Below, in pieces: positions 1 to 9,797 of a stretch of 64,000 nt of DNA (position 1 is its first letter; each line of letters begins with the position of its first letter). This stretch comes from an uncultured Oligoflexia bacterium. GTDB taxonomy: Bacteria > Bdellovibrionota > UBA1018 > UBA6935. The translations under genes and the position numbers were made by a program. A model generated the notes under the pieces. It was not told where the DNA came from. It searched no databases and saw only the letters and a list, made by a program, of their open reading frames with translations. Where the stretch lies: the NCBI GenBank assembly GCA_964013565.1, contig CAXGWU010000001.1:93601-157600 (forward strand), in the 5' to 3' direction.

Positions 1-38
1 AACTCAAAAATCGAATAGAGCAGAAACGGAAGGAAAAA

Positions 39-416
39 ATGAAGCTTTTGTCTGAGGAAGAAATCTCTTCTAGATCTCATCTACAGTTTTCGGAATATCT
101 TTCCCAGCTTGGTGTTGCTCATCAAAATGAAATTTTATTAGAAAAGATATTTTTAGTTGATATTGTTTTTGATTCTTTTAAAGCGATTATTGAAGTCAAT
201 GGGATTCATCATTACTGGGAGGACCGTGATGGGGCTTTTTATTTGAAAGGACCTGATTTAGCTAAGTATAGAATGCTAAAAAAACAGGGATGGGTCATCA
301 TTGAGTTGAATCAATTTGATTATATTGAAAGGTATGGTCAACTCGGAGTCCAAGGTGGCGTTGATGTTTTTCGGATGTGGTTTGAAAACCAGTTGCGCTC
401 GCTCCCATCTCGTTAA
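39..416 (+). CDS. DUF559/restriction-endonuclease-like domain protein; possibly 5'-truncated by the window edge
   Basis: C-terminal GWxVIxxxxxxF region resembles the DUF559 (Vsr-like endonuclease fold) tail. There is no in-frame stop upstream of the first ATG back to position 3, so the gene may start outside the window. Confidence 0.4.
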   Translation: MKLLSEEEISSRSHLQFSEYLSQLGVAHQNEILLEKIFLVDIVFDSFKAIIEVNGIHHYWEDRDGAFYLKGPDLAKYRMLKKQGWVIIELNQFDYIERYGQLGVQGGVDVFRMWFENQLRSLPSR

Positions 417-495
417 AATTATAAGCTTTTTTAATCAACTCACGTAATTTGACCGAAAATATATTTTAACCTATGCCTTATGACAGAGGTGTCCG

Positions 496-1368
496 ATGAG
501 GTTTACTTTTTTTATTGGTTTATTATTGTTTTCAACGTCCCTTTTTGCAGAAACTCTGTCTCACCAAATGGATCGTTTTCGGGTTCAAATTTTGAAATCT
601 ACCGTAGAGCCTTATGAAGAATCGCTTGGTCCGATTGTCTTTATCAAAGCTCCAACAGTGTTAGAGCAGAGTGTTTGGTTTACTCAGCTTAAAAAAATGA
701 TGAATGAACTTCCTAAAGAAGTGAATGTTTCTGTCATTTTGTATGGACCTCAGACTAAACCTGAAGTGTTAGCATCTCCTCATCATTGGGTGAACACCTC
801 ACTAACCCCACCTTGGAGTATTCAAAAGAAATTTGAAGCAGTTTATCGGGAGAAGGTAGGAACCTCAGAAACTTCATTGAAGGAATTTTCTGAAGCGTTT
901 TTTAAGTTTCATTTCATGCATGGAAATTTAAATTATGTTCGAATAATCAGAAATGAAATTTCAACTCTTGTCGCAGGTTTTTATTTTTCAGAAGATCCAA
1001 AAGAAAGAAAAATTTATTTTGATCGAATGATTCAACTAGACGGTTTAGTTACAGGAAGTATTCATGAGCCTATCGTTCATTTTGTGACTGAACATATGAT
1101 TGAGGCATTGAAAACATCTATGAATAAAGCAATAGAAAGCTTCGTATTAGATTTATTGAAGAAATGGAAGCATACGTCTGCTTCAATGTATGTTGATTTA
1201 TTAGAGTCGTTTACGAAAGAACTCAAGACTCGTTTAAAAAATAAAGGTTTTGAATCTGATTTATCTTCAAAAAAAGTTCGAATGATTGTGAGTATGCATA
1301 AGGCTTTGATCATTATCCAAGCTAATCAACCTTGTCCGACTCATTTTAAAGCACTTAAAGATGATTAA
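496..1368 (+). CDS. hypothetical secreted protein
   Basis: Long ORF with an N-terminal signal-peptide-like segment (MRFTFFIGLLLFSTSLFA). No recognisable catalytic motif. Confidence 0.5.
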   Translation: MRFTFFIGLLLFSTSLFAETLSHQMDRFRVQILKSTVEPYEESLGPIVFIKAPTVLEQSVWFTQLKKMMNELPKEVNVSVILYGPQTKPEVLASPHHWVNTSLTPPWSIQKKFEAVYREKVGTSETSLKEFSEAFFKFHFMHGNLNYVRIIRNEISTLVAGFYFSEDPKERKIYFDRMIQLDGLVTGSIHEPIVHFVTEHMIEALKTSMNKAIESFVLDLLKKWKHTSASMYVDLLESFTKELKTRLKNKGFESDLSSKKVRMIVSMHKALIIIQANQPCPTHFKALKDD

Positions 1369-1723
1369 GGAATGCTCCAGTTTTAAGTCCAAGGAGTCCC
1401 AGTAAAAGTCCGCCGATGACTGAAGCTCCAATATAGAAAATTGCAGGGCCGTTGAGTCCATTTTGAAGAAGACGAAGAGTGTCGATAGAGAAGGTTGAGA
1501 AAGTAGTAAAGCTTCCAAAAAAACCAACAGTGATTCCGATCACGAATGGAGATGGGGACTGAAAAAATGAAAGTGCTAATCCTAGGCCAAAAGCTCCAAT
1601 TAAATTAATGATTAAGGTTGTGAGTGGAAACTGAGAGGCGGGGAGGATAAACGATACTCCGTATCGACAGATTGCTCCCAAAGACCCAAACGTTCCGATA
1701 AAAAAAAGAGTTTTTACAGCCAT
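1355..1723 (-). CDS. crcB: fluoride ion channel CrcB/FluC
   Basis: 122-aa, four-TM protein with the Gly-rich small hydrophobic composition typical of CrcB (…GTFGSLGAICRYG… GFFGSFTTFSTF…). Confidence 0.75.
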   Translation of the reverse strand: MAVKTLFFIGTFGSLGAICRYGVSFILPASQFPLTTLIINLIGAFGLGLALSFFQSPSPFVIGITVGFFGSFTTFSTFSIDTLRLLQNGLNGPAIFYIGASVIGGLLLGLLGLKTGAFLNHL

Positions 1724-2370
1724 TCAATTAACGTTTCGATCGATTTTTGAATTCCACTAAAAACATCTGAAAGTTTTGCATCATCATACATATATGCAGG
1801 ACTAGAAATGATTTTATGAGATTGATCGGTATGAATTTCGTTTGTAAGACAAACATGGTGTTTGTGTCCCATGGAGACGAGTGCGTCTGCAGCTTCTCCT
1901 TGGGGACCAAGTGTCATTTCAAAAGATTCGTTTTTGAAAATCATTCCAAGAAGAGCTGGGGCAATGCATAAGGCAACAATTGGTTTTTTGTTTTGATAGA
2001 AAGTTTCGATTTTAGATTTCACCAAAGGATGAACGGAGCCTTTTGGACCTTCAAAAGCAAATGTACAGAAGTTCTTTGCAACCCCAAATCCTCCAGGGAG
2101 TACAAGTGCATCATAAGATTTTGGATCACATTCTTCCAGTGACTTAATTTGACCTCGGGCAATCCTTGCGGATTCAATGAGTTGATTTCTTTGCTCAGAA
2201 ACAGCCTGCCCACTGAGGGTGTTGATAACTTCTTTCTGGTTTTCATTGAGGGCAAAAAGGTGGACATCGACTGGATGAGAGTCCAGTGCTAGTAGTGTAC
2301 AAATAGACTCTCTTATTTCGGCTCCATCTAAATAACCACACCCAGAAAGTAAGACTGCAATTTGTTTCAT
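1714..2370 (-). CDS. elbB: ElbB/DJ-1/PfpI-family glyoxalase-like protein
   Basis: MKQIAVLLSGCGYLDGAEIRE… N-terminus and a Cys-His region (LCIAPALL) typical of ElbB (isoprenoid biosynthesis glyoxalase). Start placed at the internal ATG at 2368-2370, which has GGAGG just upstream, rather than the longer ORF-track start. Confidence 0.7.
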   Translation of the reverse strand: MKQIAVLLSGCGYLDGAEIRESICTLLALDSHPVDVHLFALNENQKEVINTLSGQAVSEQRNQLIESARIARGQIKSLEECDPKSYDALVLPGGFGVAKNFCTFAFEGPKGSVHPLVKSKIETFYQNKKPIVALCIAPALLGMIFKNESFEMTLGPQGEAADALVSMGHKHHVCLTNEIHTDQSHKIISSPAYMYDDAKLSDVFSGIQKSIETLIEWL

Positions 2371-2448
2371 GAAGATCTCCCTCTTTAGAAACGATCCTGT
2401 CTCGAAAAGAGGTGCGAAGCAAGGAAAACTCTGGTAATTGTTGCGAAT

Positions 2449-3030
2449 ATGGAAAAAAATTCGCAACACGATCACGGGGGAGTGAATGATCCAGTCGGAT
2501 CTCATTCCGAATATTATCTTCACTTTCTTCAATCACAAAAGGATTCGGAAGGTCGACTGTTTTCTGATATTCAGACCGTTCTTGTTGTTCTCTCAGCGGC
2601 AGGAATGATTTTTGACCTTGAAGGCCTTCGGCAAAAAATTATCCATGCTTATCCTGGAGCGGCTGTTTTTTTTAAAAGTACCTCAGGAGATGATATGGGA
2701 ACTCCTGCTCCACAAAAGGTTGATCTTTTAATTGATTTAACTGGGCCACGACAACGTCAAGGATGGTTCTACGCAAAAAAATTAAGAAAACAGGCAAAGT
2801 ATGCTGTTGGTAGAAATGTGGGACTCTTTCGAAAAAAAATCTATGATCGCATTTACGATGAAAAGGCCCAGATCGGATTAACTAGAGATATTCTAAAAAG
2901 AGAAGAAATTGTTCAAAAAGAAGTTCTTTCCTTGGCTGGAATTTCTTTTGCTCCGGTGTCTTCTGCTACCCCTGATCGCTCAAAAGAGATTGCGAGGAAT
3001 TTACCTAAAACAGGTTACCTTCCTCGATAG
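2449..3030 (+). CDS. hypothetical protein
   Basis: 193-aa ORF divergent from elbB and immediately upstream of ccsB. No motif confidently recognised. Confidence 0.4.
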   Translation: MEKNSQHDHGGVNDPVGSHSEYYLHFLQSQKDSEGRLFSDIQTVLVVLSAAGMIFDLEGLRQKIIHAYPGAAVFFKSTSGDDMGTPAPQKVDLLIDLTGPRQRQGWFYAKKLRKQAKYAVGRNVGLFRKKIYDRIYDEKAQIGLTRDILKREEIVQKEVLSLAGISFAPVSSATPDRSKEIARNLPKTGYLPR

Positions 3031-3054
3031 TAAGCCATTATTTCTGGAGTTTCT

Positions 3055-4455
3055 ATGAACGCATTGTTTCGTTTTTTAAGTTCTTTGAAGCTCGCGGTGA
3101 TCACCATCGTTGGGATTGCTATTGCACTGACAGTCGCTACTTTTCTGGAATCTTGGTATGACACTCGGACTGCGCGATTTTGGGTGTATCGGTCCTTTTG
3201 GTTTTATGGGATTTTGGCTTTATTAGGGGTAAATATTTTTGCGGTAATGGTTGATCGTTGGCCGTGGAAAAAACGACATCTTCCTTTCTTACTCGCACAT
3301 ATTGGAATTTTAATGTTGCTCTTTGGATCTTGGATGACCTATCAATCCGGACTCGATGGCTCTTTGATGTTGGAGGAGGGGCAGTCTTCTCCAAGAGTAG
3401 AACTCGAAGAAAACGTCCTCGTGCTTATTGATTCAATGAAAACCCAAATTCTACCCATTGAATGGAAGCCTGCTCATTATCCTTTTGAACCTTATTCTTT
3501 AGGTTCTTTCGATTTGGAAATGGATCAATGGATTTCTCATGCAGAACCTAAGATTCAATTTTCTAAAGCTCAGTCAGATGAACCTCCTGCAATTGAATTA
3601 GTAATTGAGGGAGGACCAATGAATTTTGAAAAGGCAATTTGGTTATTTGCTGGTGATCAAAATTGGAGCACTCTTTCTTTGGGACCGGCACAATTTACAC
3701 TGTTTCCAGTCAGTGTTGGTGTTGATGTGAAACAGTTATTTTCAGTACCGATTCGTAAAAATCATGCCTTTTTTTGGAGAGGAAAGAAAAACGAACTGCA
3801 TTATAGAATTTACTCAAAAGATGGAACTTATATGGGTGGAAGTCTATCTGAAAAATCTCAAGAAACTGTTTTGAGTACGGGCTGGATGAAGCAGATTAAA
3901 GAACTGAAACTACGCGTTCGTCAGTGGATGCCTCATGCATTAAACGAGACTTCCTATCATCCTGCAAGGGTTCAAAAAGGACCCGATGCTCCACCTTCAG
4001 CGATTCATTTAAGAGTGAAGGGAAAGTCCTCTGTGGGGGTATGGCTTGGTTTAGGAGATCGAGCAGTTTTAGATACGGGTGAAACAGAAATCCAAATTCA
4101 GTACCGTAGAAAACAAGTGATGCTTCCTTTTAGTTTGCACTTAGAAGAGTTTAAGATTCAAAATTATCAAGGAACTTATAATCCTGCGATGTACTCTTCA
4201 TTTGTAAGAGTCATTGACGAAAATGCACCTCAAGAAAAAATTGAAATTAAAATGAATGATCCATTAAAATGGAAGGGGTTCACTTTTTTTCAATCGAGTT
4301 ATGTTCCTGCACGACCTAGACCTACGATTTCGATTTTTACAGTGAATCAGGATCCAGGTCGATTCATGAAGTACTTGGGATCTATTTTGTTAGTTTTAGG
4401 TTCTGCACTTTTATTTATTCGAAAATACGTTGGAAAAAAGGGGAAAATATCATGA
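3055..4455 (+). CDS. ccsB: cytochrome c biogenesis protein ResB/CcsB (system II)
   Basis: N-terminal TM helices, a large periplasmic domain and C-terminal TM helices. MNALFRFLSSLKLAVITIVGIAIAL matches the ResB N-terminus. Overlaps ccsA by 4 nt, suggesting translational coupling. Confidence 0.8.
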   Translation: MNALFRFLSSLKLAVITIVGIAIALTVATFLESWYDTRTARFWVYRSFWFYGILALLGVNIFAVMVDRWPWKKRHLPFLLAHIGILMLLFGSWMTYQSGLDGSLMLEEGQSSPRVELEENVLVLIDSMKTQILPIEWKPAHYPFEPYSLGSFDLEMDQWISHAEPKIQFSKAQSDEPPAIELVIEGGPMNFEKAIWLFAGDQNWSTLSLGPAQFTLFPVSVGVDVKQLFSVPIRKNHAFFWRGKKNELHYRIYSKDGTYMGGSLSEKSQETVLSTGWMKQIKELKLRVRQWMPHALNETSYHPARVQKGPDAPPSAIHLRVKGKSSVGVWLGLGDRAVLDTGETEIQIQYRRKQVMLPFSLHLEEFKIQNYQGTYNPAMYSSFVRVIDENAPQEKIEIKMNDPLKWKGFTFFQSSYVPARPRPTISIFTVNQDPGRFMKYLGSILLVLGSALLFIRKYVGKKGKIS

Positions 4456-6119
4456 AAAGGTTAATTCTACTGGGGCTTTTAGTTTCTTCCTTTGTTTGGG
4501 CACAGCCCCAGCCTCATAATTTTAGTTTTTCACAAATAAAAAGAATTCCTATTCAAAATGGTGGGCGTTTAAAGCCTTTAGATTCATTTGCCAGAGAATG
4601 GGTTTTAGGAATTACAGGGTCTAGAACTTTTAAAGGTTTTGATTCGGTTGATTTAATTCTTTCATGGATTTCTTTTCCCAATGAATGGGAAAAAGAACCT
4701 TTTATCCGAATTAATCGTAAGGATGTAAAAAAACAACTTTTGTTGTCAGAAGACCGAAAATACTTCTCGCCACAAGAACTCACCCATAATGCGGCTTTTC
4801 TGCAGTATGCAGATCAGATTGCTAGTGAGATGGGAGGACAGGGAGTAAAAAAAGCTCAGGTGACAAAAACAGGAGTAAAAGAGGATGGTCGTCAGAGGGA
4901 ACTGAAGACGGTATTAGGAAGACTCACCTCTTTTCGTCGAGTGACTTCGGGGGAGGTGTGGACTCTCGTTCCAGATCCCCAAAAGTGGAAGTCAATTGCA
5001 GACTCCTCGTCCGCACCTGAAATTGAAAAAAGCTTTAAATCTCTTATTCGGGCCTACGTCGCTTCTGAGAAAGATGCTTTTAGTCAGGCAGCTGTTTTGT
5101 TGAAAGGGGCTGTCGAAGGAAAAATGAAAACTCAAGGTGCCGATATACAGACGGTTCAGTCTCGAGCAGGACTTGAAACGCTTAGCAATGAAATTCGCTT
5201 TTTTCAAAAAGCGTGGTCTTTGTATTTACTTGCAGGACTTTGTTTTTTGATGATGTGGGTAAGTCAAAGAAAGCGTTGGAAAGTTCTTGCGTGGGGCCTT
5301 GTTAGTTTAGGGTTTGTTTTTCATGTTTTAGGTTTTGGAATTCGAGTTTTTCTTACACAAAGAGCTCCTGTGACGAATATGTATGAGTCCATTGTTTGGG
5401 TAAGTTTCGGAGTGATGGTTTTTGCTTTTATTCTTTATCGACTTCAGAAGAAAAAGATTTTAATGACTACTGCTTGTTTTCTTTCTGCTTTAGCGTTGAT
5501 CGCTGCGGATGCCAATCCTACCATGTTAAATCCAGGACTGGATCCATTGGTTCCTGTTTTGAGAAGCAACTTTTGGCTTACCATTCATGTCCTGACCATT
5601 ACATTGGGGTACGCAGCATTTGCCCTGACTTATGGATTAGCAAATATTAATCTGTTTCATTTTTTAGCTGCAGCTTTGAAAGCTAAAAAAGAAAAGGTGA
5701 AACCTAAAGTTTCTCCTAAAATGGCTGATTTAAATCAACTGACCTATCGTGCGATGCAGTTTGGTGTGGTCTTACTCGCCGCAGGAACTATTTTGGGAGG
5801 AGTCTGGGCTGACTACTCCTGGGGAAGGTTTTGGGGATGGGACCCAAAAGAAGTGTGGGCTCTTATTGCTTTACTTTGCTACCTTGCTATTCTGCATGGT
5901 CGTTATGCGGGCTGGGTGAGACCTTTTGGCTTTGCTGCTTGGTCAGTGCTTGGGTTTACTTCAGTGGTAATGGCTTGGTATGGAGTGAACTTTGTGTTGG
6001 GAGTTGGACTTCACTCCTACGGGTTTGCGTCCGGTGGAATGGAGTGGGTGGCAACAGCTGTTTTGATACAAATTATTTTGGTTCTTCTTGTCTCTTTTTT
6101 TCATAAAAGAGCTTCTTAA
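4452..6119 (+). CDS. ccsA: cytochrome c-type biogenesis protein CcsA/ResC
   Basis: Trp-rich WWD-like motif (WGRFWGWDPKEVWALIAL) plus conserved His residues and multiple TM segments. Confidence 0.85.
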   Translation: MKRLILLGLLVSSFVWAQPQPHNFSFSQIKRIPIQNGGRLKPLDSFAREWVLGITGSRTFKGFDSVDLILSWISFPNEWEKEPFIRINRKDVKKQLLLSEDRKYFSPQELTHNAAFLQYADQIASEMGGQGVKKAQVTKTGVKEDGRQRELKTVLGRLTSFRRVTSGEVWTLVPDPQKWKSIADSSSAPEIEKSFKSLIRAYVASEKDAFSQAAVLLKGAVEGKMKTQGADIQTVQSRAGLETLSNEIRFFQKAWSLYLLAGLCFLMMWVSQRKRWKVLAWGLVSLGFVFHVLGFGIRVFLTQRAPVTNMYESIVWVSFGVMVFAFILYRLQKKKILMTTACFLSALALIAADANPTMLNPGLDPLVPVLRSNFWLTIHVLTITLGYAAFALTYGLANINLFHFLAAALKAKKEKVKPKVSPKMADLNQLTYRAMQFGVVLLAAGTILGGVWADYSWGRFWGWDPKEVWALIALLCYLAILHGRYAGWVRPFGFAAWSVLGFTSVVMAWYGVNFVLGVGLHSYGFASGGMEWVATAVLIQIILVLLVSFFHKRAS

Positions 6120-8230
6120 GAGAGTTTAGATTTCATTTGTTCTAAAAAAGAAGACACCTTCTGTTCGTGTGCTTCTCGAAGAACTTGGCTTGAAAGATCA
6201 GGTGTAGATGAGACATCTTCTGTGAAAATTAAGTTTCCGGGTATTTCTGATAGGAATCGAGAAGGGTACCGAGGTACTGGTTTCCCGTATCGAATTCTAT
6301 TTTTTGCACGAGTCAGATAGAGTTTTTCTTTTGCACGAGTGATTCCAACGTAGCAAAGACGACGTTCTTCACTATAGTCTGTTGCTTCATCCATGACTCT
6401 TTGATGAGGAAGGTAACCATCCTCCATTCCCACTAAAAAGACAGTGGGGAATTCTAAGCCTTTTGAGCCATGTAAAGTCATGAGTGTCACTTCGTCTTTT
6501 TCCTTACTTTCCTCTTCTTCGCTTTCTTCTTCGGCATCAAGAGTCAATCGAGTGATGTATTCTCTTAAAAACATAAAGCTGTTTTCAGCAGGTTCTTCAA
6601 GTTTCATCTGTCCAAGGCCATGTGCGAGCTCTTGAACCATTTCCCATCGCTGAGATGCTTGTAGGGCATCATCAACGTCGTTTTCTATTCCAGTTCTCAT
6701 TCCTATCCATTCAAAAGTTTGCCTTGCCCAGTCCGCCATAGCCGTTGGTTCAGGCTCAATCTTTTCTAATGCGTTTCTCATCTTTTGGATAAGAGAAGCG
6801 AAGGTCATGACCGCTTGTTTGGGTTTAGTCTTTAAGTCTGCATCAGGAATTGACTCAAAAAAAGAACATTGGTTTTCTACTGAATGGCTATGAATGGTGT
6901 CGATGGTTTTTTTCCCGATTCCTCTTGCAGGCCAATTAATGATTCTTCGAAGTGCAGTTTCTTCATCTGGATTTAAAATCGTTTTCCAGTAACTGAGGGT
7001 ATCTTTGATTTCTTTTCGGTCTAGAAAAGAAAAAGATCCAACTAAACGATAAGGAATCCCTTTCATTCGGAGTGCTTCTTCGAAATGTCTACTTTGTGGA
7101 TTGGATCGAAATAGAATTGCAAAATCACTCCAGTTCATGAGTGTTTTGACTTCCCCTCCCTCGTGTTTTTTTGCGAGATCAAAAATTCGCTCGGCTACGG
7201 TAGTTGCTTCGTCATGATCATCTTCAGTTAAGATGAGTGTTATCGGAGGTCCATCTTCTTTTTGAGACCAAAGCGACTTAGGGTGCCTAACCGAATTATT
7301 TTGAATAACTTGATTTGCGGCATCTAAAATAGTTTGTGTGCTTCGATAATTTTGATCAAGAGTTACTGTTTTTGCTCCTGGGTAGTGTTTTCCAAAATTT
7401 AAAATGTGGGAAGGATCAGCCCCCCTCCAAGCATAAATAGATTGGTCATCGTCTCCCACCACGCAAATATTTTGTTGCTTTAGGGTAAGGAGTCGAATGA
7501 GTTCAAATTGGGCTTGATTGGTGTCTTGGTACTCATCAACAAGAATGTATTTAAATCGATCATTATAGGCGTCACAGACTTCAGGGTGTTTTTTTAATAA
7601 ATCAACAGCGTTGAATAATAAATCGTCAAAGTCCATCGCATTCATGGCCCGAAGTTGATCTTGATACTCCGGATAGGTGGTTGCCATTTCTAAAGCAATT
7701 GGAGAGGATGCCTCATTTCTAGCTGAATTCATAAAAAAAGCTTCAGATTGATGAGGGGGAATAAATCTGTTTTTTGCTTGTCCAATTCCAAACAAGATAA
7801 AAGAAGGATCGAACTTTTTATCATCCACACTATTTTTTCTTAGAATTTTTCTGATGATCTCAATTTGATCATTTTGATCTAAAATAGAAAATTGTGAAGT
7901 GTATCCTAAGCGACTCGCTTCTTGTCTTAAGATTTTAACGCAAAGACTATGAAAAGTAGAAACAGTTAGTCCTTGTGTTCTTTTTTGTGTGATTTTTCTC
8001 ACTTCTGAATAAACGCGGTCTCTGAGTTCTCCAGCAGCCTTATTTGTAAAGCTAAGTCCTAATATTTGGCGCGGAGAGACCTTCTTTTGAGTAATCAAAT
8101 GAATCATTCGATAGGTCATTGTGCTGGTCTTTCCACTCCCTGCTCCTGCTAGGACAAGAAGGGGACCTTCTTCGTGGAGAACGGCTTGGCGTTGATTTGG
8201 ATTGAGTTTTTTTAAGTACTTCGTTTGCAT
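6116..8230 (-). CDS. uvrD: ATP-dependent DNA helicase, UvrD/PcrA/Rep family
   Basis: Walker A AGAGSGKTSTMTYR, motifs DEYQDTNQAQ, QNYRST and a C-terminal VGITRAKEKLYL helicase signature. Confidence 0.85.
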   Translation of the reverse strand: MQTKYLKKLNPNQRQAVLHEEGPLLVLAGAGSGKTSTMTYRMIHLITQKKVSPRQILGLSFTNKAAGELRDRVYSEVRKITQKRTQGLTVSTFHSLCVKILRQEASRLGYTSQFSILDQNDQIEIIRKILRKNSVDDKKFDPSFILFGIGQAKNRFIPPHQSEAFFMNSARNEASSPIALEMATTYPEYQDQLRAMNAMDFDDLLFNAVDLLKKHPEVCDAYNDRFKYILVDEYQDTNQAQFELIRLLTLKQQNICVVGDDDQSIYAWRGADPSHILNFGKHYPGAKTVTLDQNYRSTQTILDAANQVIQNNSVRHPKSLWSQKEDGPPITLILTEDDHDEATTVAERIFDLAKKHEGGEVKTLMNWSDFAILFRSNPQSRHFEEALRMKGIPYRLVGSFSFLDRKEIKDTLSYWKTILNPDEETALRRIINWPARGIGKKTIDTIHSHSVENQCSFFESIPDADLKTKPKQAVMTFASLIQKMRNALEKIEPEPTAMADWARQTFEWIGMRTGIENDVDDALQASQRWEMVQELAHGLGQMKLEEPAENSFMFLREYITRLTLDAEEESEEEESKEKDEVTLMTLHGSKGLEFPTVFLVGMEDGYLPHQRVMDEATDYSEERRLCYVGITRAKEKLYLTRAKNRIRYGKPVPRYPSRFLSEIPGNLIFTEDVSSTPDLSSQVLREAHEQKVSSFLEQMKSKLS

Positions 8231-8310
8231 GGACGATCTTTACTTTAAGGATACGCGGTGCGCTAATCAATCAGAATTCCTTGATTTTATAAGAATCAAA
8301 AAGGAAAAGT

Positions 8311-9795
8311 TTATCGTTTACTGTTAAAAGACAAAAATACACGATTGCATTTTAAATTTTCCCAGCTTTTTTGGTGATCTTGATAAGATTTCACAAGGTT
8401 ATCCAGTATTCTGTTTTTGAAAGGAGCCTTTTCAGAGAAAATTCTTGTTACTTTTTTGCTTGTCATTGAAATTTTTTGAATCAATGTAAAAAGGGTTACC
8501 GAAGGCTGAACGTCTCTTAGAACAGTATTGAGAATGTTTTCAAATTCTTTAGAGGAGATTTTCTTGTTTTTTCGTGCTACGGCTGTTTGTTCAAGAACGA
8601 GAAGAGGGATCCAGCGGTTTTTATAGTTTTTTGAAATTCTATGATAGAATTCAAAAAATTTAGAAATATCTTGTTTTTTACTTTCTTTGTTGAATGGTTT
8701 GTAAAAATTAGCAATTTCAGAATTGATAGATTCAATGTTTATTTTTTCTTTTTCCATTTTTAAAAGTAAATCTTCTTCATAATTCTTTTTTGAGATTCTT
8801 TTTTTTGTCCTATTCTTGATTTTGAATTGGTAGCCTAGCGCTTGAGCTTTTTTTATGACTTCCGCTAAAAAAGAATCGCTTGTAACAAGTTCGTAAATCG
8901 CTTTTTGATATCTAAGGAGATTCATTCTTACATCCGAAGACTTGGGGCCGAGTGACTTGGCGTAGCTATGATTGTTTTTATCTGTTGTAATTTCTGCAAA
9001 GCTTTGATTCCACGCGCCTACATAATGTTCATATCCAACTTCAGCAAACTTTGTTGAGACTTGATCATAGTAGTGAAGAGGAACGATGTTTTTATGATAT
9101 TCTGTTTGATCTGCTTGTTCTAAATTTTTTAATGTAGTTTCTTGAATTTTTCTTTTTTCCTTTAGTTCATATATGGATTCTCGAAAGGTTGGGGCAACTA
9201 CGCCTATAAAATAAAGTCGAGAAATGATGTCTTTGAGGTTTCCCCCGGAGTTTTCGTAGAGTCGGTACATTGCAGCAAGACAAGCTCGTCCTTGTCGTCC
9301 ATTTCCTTTAGAAACGGTGTCTACGAGTATGAGAGGTCTACCATTCATTCCATTTTTTAAGTCAAACCCTTTGCTTTTAAAAAGGCTATAGATTTGTTCG
9401 TCTGTAGGGTTGAATTTTGGACTAAAATCAGGATCCATTCCAAAAGTTGCTTTACTCATCCCCACTCTAATTACTTTATTGGGTTCTCCGATGCTATTGA
9501 AAAACCCTTCAATAATATCTGAAAATATTAGACTATCTCGACCTAAGAAGCCAAAAACTGCGTCTGGATAGATAAAAGATAAATGAGCGATAAATCTTGG
9601 TGCCTCTTTTTCTATAAATTGAAACCAATCAGGAAAAGGATTGTTTCCAGGAATTTCTTTTAAAACAGATTCCACCTTCTTCATAGATGGTCTTACGTTT
9701 TGATTGATTAAATTATTAATATCTTGGTCTTTTTGAGTCCAAGATAACATAGGAGAAAATAAGATAAGTAAGGCAATATATATTTTTGTTTTCAT
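8311..9795 (-). CDS. secreted hypothetical protein; member of an FxGRD / hhhDxSxxG paralog family
   Basis: Signal peptide MKTKIYIALLILFSPMLSW. The N-terminal region (…FGFLGRDSLIF… LILVDTVSKGNGRQGRACLAAMYRLYE…) is alignable with 13234-15192 and 16931-18463. Last gene of the seven-gene secreted operon. Confidence 0.55.
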   Translation of the reverse strand: MKTKIYIALLILFSPMLSWTQKDQDINNLINQNVRPSMKKVESVLKEIPGNNPFPDWFQFIEKEAPRFIAHLSFIYPDAVFGFLGRDSLIFSDIIEGFFNSIGEPNKVIRVGMSKATFGMDPDFSPKFNPTDEQIYSLFKSKGFDLKNGMNGRPLILVDTVSKGNGRQGRACLAAMYRLYENSGGNLKDIISRLYFIGVVAPTFRESIYELKEKRKIQETTLKNLEQADQTEYHKNIVPLHYYDQVSTKFAEVGYEHYVGAWNQSFAEITTDKNNHSYAKSLGPKSSDVRMNLLRYQKAIYELVTSDSFLAEVIKKAQALGYQFKIKNRTKKRISKKNYEEDLLLKMEKEKINIESINSEIANFYKPFNKESKKQDISKFFEFYHRISKNYKNRWIPLLVLEQTAVARKNKKISSKEFENILNTVLRDVQPSVTLFTLIQKISMTSKKVTRIFSEKAPFKNRILDNLVKSYQDHQKSWENLKCNRVFLSFNSKR

Positions 9796-9797
9796 TT

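Noticed and set aside
1714-2532. Long 272-aa minus-strand ORF and the overlapping 2243-2536 97-aa ORF
   Set aside because: The ElbB homology begins at the internal Met (MKQIAVLL…), which has a good RBS. The upstream 54 codons have no homology and would run into the divergent promoter. The 97-aa ORF is an alternative-frame artefact.
8052-8270. 72-aa ORF overlapping the uvrD start
   Set aside because: Arg/Ser-rich translation of the alternative frame of uvrD's 5' end. No independent support.
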